Shown here in pieces: positions 13,201 through 26,148 of a DNA stretch of 64,000 bases. The DNA lies in contig CM068754.1 of the NCBI GenBank assembly GCA_035084275.1, positions 14,012,001 through 14,076,000 on the forward strand, in the 5' to 3' direction. The stretch is from Hydrolagus colliei. Taxonomy: Eukaryota. The position numbers and the translations under genes were made by a program. How positions within the stretch are numbered: the first letter of the stretch is position 1; each line of letters opens with the position of its first letter. The notes below the pieces were generated by a model that ran no database searches, was not told the origin of the DNA, and was given only the letters and a program-made list of their open reading frames with translations.

Positions 13201-15649
13201 AAGCTGTCTCGTTAAATCTGTTATTTATTCAGTCACAGTGTGTCAAGATGGGAGAGCTAATTTGAATTAAAAGTGGTTATCACAGCACAAGAACGAGTCA
13301 TAGATCTCTCCTTTTGCATAGTGATGGAGAGACAGTGATTTGCAAAACAACAAAATAGAGGTTCACTGAGACAAGAGCCTGTGGCTGTAGATCTACTGTT
13401 GACGGATGTGACACCAAAATGTTTTAAAGAAATTATATTATCTTGAGTATTTCATGCTCTAAGCTTAATTTACATCAAGGCTATCTATCTGATATGTAGG
13501 TGTTTTGTGTGTGGGCTGGTCTTATTATTCAGGGTTCCTTTCTTATTCATTTATTATGTTTGCATAAAAATCTGCCTTCAAATCCAACTGATTCACCTGT
13601 CAGTTTAAATAAAAATGTGTTTTGTGTATTGGGATCCCACATGGTTCAAAGATCTTTCTGTCAATAATTTTACATATCCAAAAATTTGATTTTTCACTGC
13701 TGAATAGCTTCCTGGGCAATGAACTGAACATGGATAGTTAAGAAATTAACAACTTAAGATCTCATGCTCTACCACTGTCAATTTCTCCGTGACGCTACCC
13801 TGTTGGAGGGGTGTCTTATAAATGGTTGTTATTGTTCACCTGTTAACAAGTTAAGAACTACTGTATTGAGTGAATAGAATTCATACGCTAGATTACTTTT
13901 GTAGTTAATATTGAGGAATGAACTGCAACACAGCTCTGGCCAGTAGGTGTTGGAAAGGATATCGCTTGGAGTGTCTGAACCTCATCTCCTACTGCAGAAG
14001 CCATTATATGCAGAACAAAGACAGCATTTGCTGGCAATCTGTTGAAATACCATTCAAGGGAGTCTTTACATTCAAAGTAATCATTCTTTATATGTCAGCC
14101 TGGAGAGTGAATGTCATTGCGTTTTCGACTGGGTGAACCATCATATTCAACCCTGATATTTTGCTTGTGTCTATATATGTATGCTTCCAGTGAGAGATCA
14201 CAGGACCATACAGTTTTATTTTTCAGGATTATCCAGGATTACTAAAACCAATTGTAAATTCCTCTTTTCACTGAAGCCTGTTGTAGCACACCTACATTGC
14301 CCAGGCTAGTAGTAACTAATTCACCACAGAACAGGGATTAAACTTGTGACTTTTCCAATCTATACAGTGCATTTATAGAGCTAAATGTTAAAGTGGAATG
14401 AGAGAAAGATACACTCAAGATTGATGGGTAGATTAGTTATTAGTTAAAAATTACTTTTAATACCTTGTTATGAGGTAAAAGAGCTACTGCAGAAAAGGTT
14501 AGCATAAAACCCAGCATCTATCTCGGCCTTGATTTATGCTCTCTCTATCTAGTTATCTAGTATATAGAAATAAAGTTTTTGCTACTTTGTGCATGTATGC
14601 CTACTTTAAATAAAGATAACAAGAATAAAAATAGCAACAGAACATGATTTAAACCGGAACACATTAACTTATAGTCCAAATGTATTGGTAATCATAGCAA
14701 AGGGCTTGTAAAGAAATATTATAAAATGGAAAAATACAAATTCTAATTAGAAATATGGCCTGTTGTATTTTCATGAAGTCTCAAAGTTTATGTGGTCATG
14801 AATATCTGGTCATTTAGAGGAACGCTGAATTCATGGAGAATAGCACAAGGTTTGAAATGCTTTAAATAAAAGGAAAACATGCTATTAGAATATGAGATAA
14901 ATGGCCCATCAACCCAATAGACACCAACCCAACATTTGTGTGAAATACTTTCTGAATAAGTAAACAAGTGTTTCTAGCCCCCTTTTCACTTTGAACGCTC
15001 TATCAGTCATTTCTCTTGAACCAAACAATTCTTGTGATTTTTTGCACTTGAAGTGTTGCCAACTGGTTCCCTGTTGATTTAGTGATAGGTCAACAAACGT
15101 TTTCCTGACAGCATTAGTGCATGTTTGCTCCAAGACACCGCAGAAGCGAGCAGAAGTATCAACTTGTAAAGGCTAAAGGGTTTCCATGGTCAAGGGCTGG
15201 GGTGACTCCTGTACCCTGCGAATCGCTGTGTACTCATTCCTCAGGATAGTGCAATACATTAAACATGTTATGTTGCAAAAGGATGTGGGCTGTTAGCTTG
15301 CGGCATTGCTGCAACTATTATTAGGAGGCAGTATTGGAGAGTTTTTCGTATTCGTAACACCCTCAGAAAATGTGTTACGAGATGTGTTGACCTGGCAATG
15401 GTCACGTGAATTTGTGAAAATGTAAGGTGATATTTCTTTCCATTGTGCCCTGCATTGATAACAAAGTCTTCAAAAATAACCTCGCTTCTATCAAAATGTT
15501 ATAACAAATGTGACATTTTGTATAGCTATTCTGCTGTCTTGTGTCAAACGATATAATGCACCCTCTGTGCCATTTTGGAGGAATGGGGACCTTTCTTTTC
15601 TAGTATCTTATTGCAGTGGGAAGACCGAATTTGATTTGTTTTGATCAAT

Positions 15650-16293
15650 GGGGAATAATGTTAGGAATACAAGAGAAACTCTCTGTTCTTCTTACAAATA
15701 GTGTGAGAGGATCTTTCACGTTCACCTGAACCAACAGAGCGAACCTCACTATTCTCTTTGCACGGGAGCTAAGTGAGTTCACCTGTGCTGAATTCACCTT
15801 GTCCTGCTGGCAGTAATGCAGAACACTGGTTATGTTGGACCAGCCAGCCTGGCTTATCAGTAGGACTCAGAGGGGCAGACCGTTGATTGGAAGCAGGAAT
15901 TCCTCTCACTCAGCTCCTGTTAACCCTGCAAGTCAAAATCCTAACAGGCAGGCTGTCCATAGCTGGACAATCAAATGGGTCCCCAAGCATCTTATCAATC
16001 TGTGTCTATCATTTTCCAGGATACATCCATCTGGGGAGAGAGTATGGATTCCATTGAGACACTTACAATTCTATGTGTGGGTGACACAGATATGTGGAAC
16101 TGCGTCTTGTGTGGATATTCTTAAGTATGGTAGTGCATTTCGACATGCGTTCAAACACGCGACTAACCAGAAAACACCCATCAGTTTTAACATCCAAGAG
16201 AGTGTCAGCACAGATTATGAGCTCAACTCATGGTGTCGGGTTTGAACCTACAAGCTTTTGGCCAATTAGCAAGAGTAATACTAACTGAGCCAA
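15650..16293 (-). mobile_element. Family B SINE in two pieces (head 16198-16293, central part 15650-15748) separated by about 440 bp of other sequence
   Basis: Reverse-complement head ttggctcagttagtattactcttgc...ggttcaaacc...ttgagctcataatctgtgctgacactc. Central piece ttcaggtgaacgtgaaagatcc...agagtttctc. Confidence 0.65.
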
Positions 16294-18313
16294 GTGACAT
16301 TTTGCCTGCGTAGTTGCAGTTTATGAAAGTACAGCTGTGCACATCTTTCCTGTTCTGTTTAAATGTACAACTGATGATTCAGAAATCATGTATTTTTGTG
16401 GGGTGCATCCCTTCAATCGTTTCTTTCTGGGTTGAGTTGGTTAGAGTGCAGCCAGATTTGTTCACAAGTCATTTGAAATGTGAAACCCAGTCATTGCAGT
16501 GTTAGCTCTAGGCAGACAGACACCCCAGAGTGGGACAAAACTAATAACATGTCACAATGCTTTCAATCGTGATTTTACTAATACATGGAGCGTTCAGAGT
16601 GGCCACTTTACATAGGTAAGAGCTAAATGGCACTTTCATGCCAGTGTAAATCAGGCTTAAGTGAAGCGTACTAACTGTGATAATTGCAAAATAAAGCACA
16701 GAAGACGAAGAAGATGTCTCTTTTACACTTTTGGGGGGGATATCCACATGTTTTCAGAAGCTTCGAAATGAATTCCTCAGGCAGTAGCTTTAGCGTTCAC
16801 AAAATGTTGGTATACGGATTCGTAACAACCATTTAGGTTAAACAACAGCCCTTTTTACTTGATTACAGCTTATTACGACACTATTTACAGCTCCTCTATG
16901 TGTCTAATAACAGACGCCGCTTGGTACAAGATTCAAACTGACATCAATATTGAAAGGTCAAAAGCTGCATTTCATCTGTTTTATTTTAAACAGGAGGTAA
17001 TTATTTCCATACATTATATCTTTGTAATATGAGAGAACAGCCAAATTAGCTGGGAGGGTGATGTAGCCAAGATGACTTTTTGGGCTGGATAATAAATGTG
17101 TGGGTCTATTTGTATAAATGAGCTGTTGCTTTCGTCGAGGTGAACTGGTCAATTTTAAAAGGAACTACAATATGTCATGCAAGAGATGCCTTCCAAAACA
17201 ATCAGCGCTGGGTAATGAATGTGTAAATCTATTAATACTGATGGTGCAGTAAACATACCTCACAGAAGAATTTAATCTCTTGACAAACCTGAATGTTATT
17301 TCACATCGCGAGCTTGTAGCGATTTTGCTTAATACACATTGCAGCAGGCTCATTGCCAGCGTACGTCAAGCTGCTTTTGGAACTCACGATGCCCTGACTC
17401 TTAGTTAAGCGAAAGCTCATTAAAATACTTCAGCAATATCCTGGTGGGCTTGGAAGAAGGGATGGAAAGAATGGACGGGGAAAGTGGGAGGAAGAAAGGG
17501 AGGGCAGGCAAGAGAAGGTCGAAGAGAGCAATGATTATGAGATAGTAACCCAGCAAAAGGCTAAATTGCTGCACTTTAGCTACATTGTTCAATTCGGAAC
17601 AAAGGAGCTTGTACCTCACTGATCTGTACCGATGTTATAATCTTTACCAAATAGCAGCGGGGCAGCGTCACGCACTTGTGTCTGCTTATACCATGTAGTT
17701 TGGCCACTTGGAATTCGGTCCCCAGGATGCAGAAGTTTGAACACAGAGTTAAGTATCACTTACTAAACTCTGATTATTGCAGCATGCACAGGGCCTTGAG
17801 CAATGTTAGTTTGCCTGTTGGCGCCCAGTTAAAGTAAAAATCTGTAAATCATTATGTTCAACCACCAAGATCAACTTTGTGAGACATGTGTCCCAGTTGC
17901 CTCCAGCTGTAGCCTGTTGTTATGCCACCTAATGTACAAAAAAGGCCAACTCTTCTTTTATGTGCAGCTCACAAACATGGGATGGTGGAGTTGAAATGAA
18001 ACCAGATGCTGGAGTTATGGGAGTGAGGCCATAACATCCATAGGGAGAAAGATCACATCTCTGCAAGTTCAGTAAGTGGACATACTATTACTGTGCTTGT
18101 TTAATGAGATTTCAAATCTTCTACTACATTGCACGGTAGAAATAGGGACACAAAATACTAATAATTGGCGTGCTGAATGACAGATATATTATTAGTAAGT
18201 TCAATTCCAGTACAAAATTAATACTTCTGGAATTAGCTAAACAGGATGCATCCTTCCCGGAAGGCTGTGCGCGTCCCATTTCAACAACCTATCTCTGGAA
18301 TTTCCAAGTGTAA

Positions 18314-18972
18314 GTGGGACACATGGAATTCCCTGTGTACCGATTTGCAGAGCATCTTCGCTCTGTGCAGAAGGTCAACCCTGATCTTCCAGTCTCTCTC
18401 CATTTCAACTTGCGCTCACATTCAGAGACTGATCTTTCAATCCATGGTCTCGTGCGCTGTTCCAGTGACACACAGCGAAAGCTTGAGGAACAGCACCTCA
18501 TCTATCTACTGGGCACTCTACCGCCGTCTGGCCTCAACATTGATTTCAGCCATTTCAGGCCATAAATGCTTCCGCTCCCCACCCAACCCCCCATCACAAT
18601 CATAATCATCCAGATACCCCTTGCCTCTCTGGCGTTTTGTTTGTGTTATCACCACTAAACACCTCTTCTCCCCAGTTTCGTTTAAACCCATCCCCTGTTG
18701 TTCCTCCCCCTTATGTCGTTATCACATTTTCAACACATCGGTTAACACACTCTTTTTTTCTTTTTCCTTTGTCTTCTTTGTCTTCCATGTCCTGCCTTTC
18801 CCCCTCTAACGTCCTTAAAAACCTCTTCCTCCAAACAAGCCCCAGTTCTGATGAAGGGTTGTAGACCTGAAACGTTGATTCATTTTCCTTTCTCCATGGA
18901 TGCTGCCTGACCTGCTGAGTTTCCCCAGCAATTTCTGTTTTTGTTTCAGATTCCCACCATCTGTAGCATTTT
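18314..18972 (+). mobile_element. 5'-truncated Penelope-like retroelement: GIY-YIG endonuclease C-terminus plus 3' region
   Basis: ORF 18314..18565 reads RFAEHLRSV...LPVSLHFN...HS...RKLEEQHLIYLLGTLPPSGLNIDF, typical of PLE GIY-YIG C-termini. It is followed by the shark-type PLE tail gatgctgcctgacctgctgagtttccccagcaatttctgttttt. Confidence 0.9.
18844..18880 (+). ncRNA. Minimal type I hammerhead ribozyme motif within the Penelope-like element
   Basis: agtt-CTGATGA-a-gggttgtagacct-GAAA-CG-TT-gatt. It has the core boxes CUGANGA and GAAA, a short helix II, a palindromic ACGU helix III and a weak helix I. Confidence 0.7.
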
Positions 18973-19159
18973 GGAATTCTCAGCTTGGTTTGGATAGTCT
19001 TAAGTATGGTGATGGATTTCTGCATGTGTCAGACACCCGGCTGACCAAAAAACTAAACAAACAAAATTAGATTTGACTGTTTACTTCTGAAATTCACAAA
19101 ACCAAACTCTGAAGTGGAATCCCAATCTCGCAGCCTGACGCTGTAGCCCATCAAGACTC

Positions 19160-19335
19160 ATCTCATGACCCTTCTTTTCGACTGTGCCTTCAGTCCCCAT
19201 TTTCCCCCCTACCCTCTCCGTCATTCACCCCTCCTGATTCCAACCACCAGTCAGTGTGCGGATCCCTGACTGTTCAGCGCTTTGGGACATATTCCTGGTG
19301 TGAAAGGCGCTATTGAAATGTGATTTGTTGTTGTT
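19160..19335 (+). mobile_element. L2 LINE 3' UTR fragment
   Basis: ctgactgttcagcgctttgggacat...gtgaaaggcgctattgaaatgtgatttgttgttg, the same tail as the 37731 copy. Confidence 0.8.
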
Positions 19336-21779
19336 TCTAGTGCCAAATACCACAGAAGCATTCTCACATTGGGCTGTTACAGCACATTACCACCAACGCT
19401 CACCTCTGCTGTGACATGGATCAGATGCAGATGTTCCACTACATAGAGTATGGACCACCTCCAAGTAAACAGGTAATCAGATACAGACCACGCACAACCG
19501 GATCACCAAGACTGTTAGTATCCTTCATTAGAATGCCAGCCATCACATTACGTATCCAAGGGTGTTACTGAATTTTTGGTTAACTTTTCAAGAATAATTC
19601 ATAATCACGTTTGAAAGTTTGTCAATTGCTGTAACTAAATATTCAAAATCTGCCTCATGTTTGAATCATATTGTATTAATGCTTGGGAATACATATGAAC
19701 ATAAATGGGAACGTCCTCTCGACGTGAAAGGCGCTACACAAATGTAGTTTTGTTACTGTTGTTATTCCATTGCTTCCCTGGTTCATCCATTGCACTTACC
19801 AATTTGTGATTTACTGCAAAAATAATCATTTCAAGAATGATTCATAATAAGGTCAATAGGTAAATGCCTAACGTATGTGGAGATGTATGACTATATATCC
19901 AAGGTTGCACGTTCATCAAAAATCATCCCAGTGTATATGGTGCTCTTACACAGAACTGCACATGTCAAAAAATATTTTATGGGAGTTCTATCTCTGTGGA
20001 CCCACATGTATAATATTAACAAGATGTATGGAACTTAAATAGGAGTTGTCAGAGGAGCAATACCAGTGCAACTATCTACCTTACAGGGATATTTTTGTAA
20101 ACTTCATTAAGAATGTTTAAGATGGATTTTAGGCTGGTATTTTATTTGCTATAGAACTTGAGACCCAGTATCCATTATATGGTTCAGCCCTTTTCTGAAC
20201 TGCAAAAGTGGTTCCATATGGAAGTATGAGGTAAGTTAAAGAAATCACGATCAGGTTTCCTTAGAGAGCCGGGTTATGTTAGGTTGCCCTGGTTCTGCCG
20301 TTCACTCCATATGAGACTTGACTCGAAAGTGATACTAATTCAACAGAAGAAGTCAGGTTGCCAGCAATTACTACAATGTGTAAATGAAAACATCAACTAA
20401 CTTAAATCCCCATCTTTATCCAAAATATGCTTTCGAGCCATTAAAGCTGACGAATTCCTGTCTGAGAGTTGAAATGGACTACACTTCAAAGCTGTCAGCA
20501 ATGAAACAAGCACAAGACTCTCATTGACATACATCAACCTTGTCAGAACATGCCATGTATTTGTTTAATAAAAAAAATGCGGCAGAATATTTCTCACAGT
20601 CCCAGGGGAAAAATTGATGGCAGTCAAAAAGTCTGGTGAATTATTATAAATGCTGCAATATGTAGGATCTGATGGTTACAGGGACGTTGTATTCAGGGTA
20701 GATATTGTACACCACACTGTGATAACGTTAACACAGCACAAAGAGATTGTTTAACTCCAACGTTGGGATTTTGAAACTAGCAACAAATAAACAGCAAAGC
20801 ACTAATATCTGCATTTGCTGTGCTGATTTACCTGATTTATTTGACGATAGCACACTGTGCATTGGCAAATACCAGAGAAAATTAACCAGCTCTTTGGCAA
20901 GGAAATCGATTGAGGGGTACAACAATTAGAGTAGGACATGAGAGCTGGACAAAAAAAATGACTGTATGCAATCCATTGCCACCCGATGGTTATCTGATAT
21001 GAAGGGAGCTTAGGCCGGAACTAGAAGTTTCGGCTGATTTTTAAATTGGATCTACCATAATTTTTTACAGCACTCAATAATCATGTCTGACATTAACACA
21101 AGTGAAGAGGAAAATAAAAGTTAAACCACAAAAGTTAAAGATGTGAAACTTGTACATAAACAGCTGAGGTTTTTTTTTGTAATGATACTTATAAGTATAA
21201 TATAATAAAATTATAATATTTTTGCATTTGAAATTGCACCTTTCACATGGGGTGGGGGAGAGGGAAAGGCCTTAAAGTGCTTCATAGGATTTACCGCAAA
21301 GCATAGTGACTCAATATTTTACATGTCTCTGTCACTGAACAATGAAAATGCAACTTATTTCAACCAAGCACTCCTGCATGGAGTTATTAAAGCATGTATC
21401 AGCAACCCACATGCCCAGCAATTTGACGGGATTAATACAGTAACATGGCCCAACTCAATCCGTACAATGTCAGGTATTACAAACTGCTAAATCCAAAATC
21501 TCTTTATTTCTACCTGATCTCTGAAACGCAATATTACTATATAACACACAAGAGAAAACTTACAGTTCGAATGTAGTCCTTGAGAACAGGACACAGAGAA
21601 AGGGGGAAGTTACATTGCATTTACATTAGGAACTGCACATATCTCTCGCCAGGAATCACTTAATTTCCACAGCACCATGTCTATGTCCTCCAGTGAACTA
21701 GAAGTGTAATACAGTTTTTCTTCCTGTAACATGAGTACCACTGTCACATATAGTCAATTTAAGAGGTGGCCATGGAATG

Positions 21780-22050
21780 AAACGTGTGCTATGGATAGGA
21801 TAGAACTTGCCAAGGGGGAGGTTGAAAGTGACCTAGGGATGTTAGTCATCTCTCCAGTCACCATGTCCAAATAATGTGAGGCAGAAGTAAACAGGTTTGC
21901 TACAAGCAGTTATTGAGGCGTTAATACCGTTAAAATAAAGGAAGTTGAGAAGTGTTTGAAAAGAAACTGGTGAAAAATATGAGGGTGAAAAGCAGTGGAT
22001 TGGGTTGAGGGTGTATAGTTCCAGTAGAGGAGCCTACGTCATCATGGGTT
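21780..22050 (+). mobile_element. Degenerate CR1 LINE fragment
   Basis: Translates to ...EVESDLGMLVISPVTMSK*CEAEVNR, resembling the CR1 ERDLGVLV...QC..AV region. Followed by CR1-like 3' sequence. Confidence 0.6.
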
Positions 22051-25000
22051 TCAATGTATTAATTGCGTGAGCATTTTAAGGATATTATTTTTCCGAGAAT
22101 AAGTTGTTATAACAATGCAATGTAACCAGAGACAAAGACCGAAACCTCACAAACTTGGCACTAGACGAATGCACAAAGGGAATAGAATTAAGAATTAGAT
22201 GGTTGAAACAAGACCTCAGATCTAAATAAATAGCTGAACAAATGCTTATTAATTAATCCTTGCATCTGATATTGAAGGAAACGCAAGGCTATTCAAACAC
22301 TATAAGCGTTTCTATTTGTCCGACACATGATTAATCTTGGGAGAATGCATAATTCAGAGGATTTTTCCTAATGTAAGTGCACTTTTCTTCGCTGACCAAC
22401 AGAATTTCACCACCAGAGTTTCACCAGCTTTGACTAGGGAGAGATATCCTTGGGTAGGAGAAGCAGTGTGCAAAGTCTCACTTGTGAAATCGGGCAGACA
22501 TGTTGTATCCAGAGAACAGCTGTAGTGGCTCAAGTATTCCTGATGTAAACACAAAGACTCACTCACTTAAGTGGTAGAAAATCTGATAGTGGTAAAGCGG
22601 TCACGGGTATGTGGACGTAAATCTATTAATTTGTTAAAGTAGGTTTCCACGAAATGTTGTGTTGTGGATGGTATATTGGAATACATTATTAAATGATAAG
22701 CAGATGGACCTTTAATCAGTCTTGTCTTCTCTGTTGACTGTGACCTACTCCTGTTCTACAGCTGTTGATAAGATGCTCGCTGAAAGGCGACCATTCTGCA
22801 GGGCATTGATTTCAGCTCCGATAATAAATTTCAAAGTACACCGTATTCTGTGGATCTTATTCCCTACAATGTCTACTTAATGTTTAGAAATGCACGAAGT
22901 GCAGTTTTAACAGATTCTACTCAAGAAAGTGTGTCGTGGACATTTACTGAAATCTGATTGAGGGTTGTTGAACATCAAGAAAATCAACATGTCACTGACA
23001 ATTAGCTCTGCAGGAGGTCGCTGGCCTGCTTTCTTTTATGAAAATACTACAAAGTGTGTTTATAAAGTGAACTCTTCTTTTCAAAAAAAAATGAAAGAGG
23101 CATTATATAAACAATGTGCTTCTTGCAATTTAAACTGTAGAAAATATTCCCCTAGCATGCAATTGAAGCACAGCATAATTTACAATCATTCCTTTGCATA
23201 TCCTTAGGTATCGATGACTTTATGTTTTTTGAAAAGTTAGTAGAAATTTAATTATAATAAATGGCTAATGCAATGCCCCATTTTCAAATTACTTTGACAC
23301 AAGAAGACATTGATGTTTGTTTGCATCTGAATTCATGCAGATTAGTAATGATTTACCTAAACTGCAGAATTCCATTTTAGATATCAGTTTTAAAAGGATC
23401 CTCTGTCTAAGTGACGTTACTCAACATATTTTGCTGACAATATAACTGGCACTGTATGAAACTCAAATCCAATACATCCTACTTAATCTAATCAATTATT
23501 CTGTCTTTCAAAGGTCTTGTTACACAGCATATGTACCAATTCACAATATGCACTGCTTATTATCTAACAATGTAAGGAGATGTGCAGTGAATAAATAGCA
23601 GTTTCCAGACAGTCTGTACTTGACTAACTGGAAGGTTGGTTCCAGTTGCACCACCACTCATTGCTGTGGCTTGCCTGGGATGAATTTTGCCCTTTTGAGG
23701 ATGATTTAAACTTGTATTCTAAAAAAAACCCAACACTGAGCCTAACTGAGCAAAAACAGTATCTAAAAGATTCGTCCTCTGGCTGATTAGGATTTTATAA
23801 GCACTGACAGGTACATGAAAATATTTTTGAAAGGATGAACATTTTTCTTTTTGGTTCGACTTGTGCACTATCAGGTCAACAGTGATTACTTCGATCAATA
23901 TCATGCGTGAAGCCGGTTATTGGGCTGGCTTTGTTGGTCGCACTCTTACCTCTGAGTCAAAAGGCTGTGGGTTCACATCCCACATCAAGATGTATGGCAG
24001 ATAAAACAATATAATTTTAACATGGAGCAAGGCCATTCAGCATATCACAAAGTGCTTTGAGACGTCTCAACAACGTGACAAGGTGCTGTATCAAATACAA
24101 AGATTATTATTATTGTGCCTGTGCTGACTCTTCCCATTTCTTCTTTTCAGATATTTATCTCTTAAATACTAATATAATTTCTGCCTCAATTATTCTCCAT
24201 GGTGGTTTACAGGCACTGGTCCTTTATACAGTAAATTTGCAAATCCGAGTGAAATACACCCCTCAGAGATTTATTGAGACTCATTTGAAGTCTCCAGTTT
24301 ACAGTAACCCTTTGTTTCAAGGAGTGGAGGGAGCCAGACGAAGCAAACCACAATTACTCACTGGATGGATTGTGGCGACTGGAGCTGGCAAAAGAATCCT
24401 TAAACTCAACCCCTCAAGATTGTTTATTGCCTCAAACTTTGCACCTATTGATAATTGGGACGCTAAATAATAGAGGCACGGTAAATCAAGGTTTCACTGA
24501 ACAATGGTGGTAACAAAGAATATGTTTTGCAACTTATCTATTCACCTTCAAACACTTGAAATAAAACAACCAATATTATGTGCTGCAGAATTATCAATGA
24601 TGCAAAAGTTCAATAGAGCTCGTGCAATTGTAATGACATAGTGAATCTAGATCAGTCCACATAAAGCAATAAATTAATACATTTTCTTTAAACAATACAC
24701 TTAAAGTAGGTTATTAACATTAGAGGGATTTATGACCAAAGTGAGCCTGTGGAAGCATCTGGCCCTTCAAGACCTAGGTGAGAAAAATAATGAATTGCAT
24801 CAATATGATATTAATAATACATCTTTTAAATGGCACGTTTAATTGTTGATAGTTTACATCATTCTTTTTTCAAGGACTGACAGTTAGATTAAAGGGTACA
24901 AGATGTCTGAAGGGGGATTTGAGAACAATCAATTGAAGGATTTATCACCAGTTTCAGTGCCATTGCTTTTAATGGTAATGTGCTCACAGGTGTATTAAGA

Positions 25001-25849
25001 TCTAAATATGATGTATTAATGTATGAATAGACAATATTAAAATAAGTTATTTCTTTCCAAATACTTAAATTTAGTGTATGTTACACTTGACTGGCAAGCT
25101 CTGTCTGTAGAGTTTCAATATTAATGCATCCTTTAAAAAATTTAAGACTGGCAAAAAAAAACTTCTCTGATATAAATTAAATATGCACTATGACTAAGAA
25201 TTCATTAGCTCATTTCTATGCAAATTACTTTCCCTTATCTTGTTATGAGTTTTGAGCTAAGAGAGCTGTGCGTGTCAATTAAAAACAGGGAGAGGATTGG
25301 TGAGATGTATGATGGGGTGGATCAAGGCAAGGGTGGCTGCACCTTATGGCTAAATGCAAGTCAAACATCTGGTTTCAGATGAAGAATGATTGTTTTGTAT
25401 GGCGTTCGATAATTTAAATTAATTGTAGATGTAATGCACGGTTGAAGTGAGCAAGTGCATATTTTAAGTTGCTGTATCTAGAATGCTGGATGTCATTAAA
25501 GTTCAGGTTACTAACCACCAAAAAGCGCAAATTTTTTATTGATGTATTTGAGTCAAGACGAAGGTTAGATTCGAACCTTATGCCAAACCTCCGACATTTA
25601 TCTAGTCCGTCTTATTTCATCTTTTTCTGTGTACTATTCAATTTCTTCTCAAGAGACTGCTCAATGAATATAATGTAATATACAACAGATCTTCATAAAA
25701 TTGAACCCTTTTACGCCAGCTGAATTGCTCCATTTGTTCCCAATTTCTCCTAAAGGTTCCTATTTAAGATACTTGTCCAGGTCCTCAGATTTCTCCACAG
25801 CTTTACTGAATATAATTATCTCCAGTCCTACAGTTACTCTAGTATCTAC

Positions 25850-26148
25850 ACGTGTGTCTGCTTCTCATCCAATTCTGAATTGTTGCTCACTGCCCACTTT
25901 CTCACTTCACCATTGCTAGTCTAGCCTTTGGCCAGCATGACCCTACCATTTGGAATTCTCTTTCAAAACTAATTTGCTTGCTACTGCTGGCCTTGATTCC
26001 CAAACCTCCTACAATCATAACCCTTCGACCATGCCTTTGATCAGAGTCTTTTCAGCCTCTAATTCATTTCTCAATGTGCACCATTATATTAGTCAAGTGC
26101 TTTAAGATGTTGTTTTATGTGAAAGAAGATATATAAATGCAGGTAGTT
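25850..26148 (+). mobile_element. Old, degenerate L2 3' end
   Basis: caccattgctagtctagcctttggccagcatgaccctaccatttggaattctc (the TIGGRAF...LWNSL region), plus a degenerate tail. Confidence 0.6.

Noticed and set aside
15401-15410. CLEAR-like element GTCACGTGAA (TFEB site of lysosomal genes)
   Set aside because: A single site about 39 kb from the IDS start and on its 3' side. I saw no equivalent in the promoter region.
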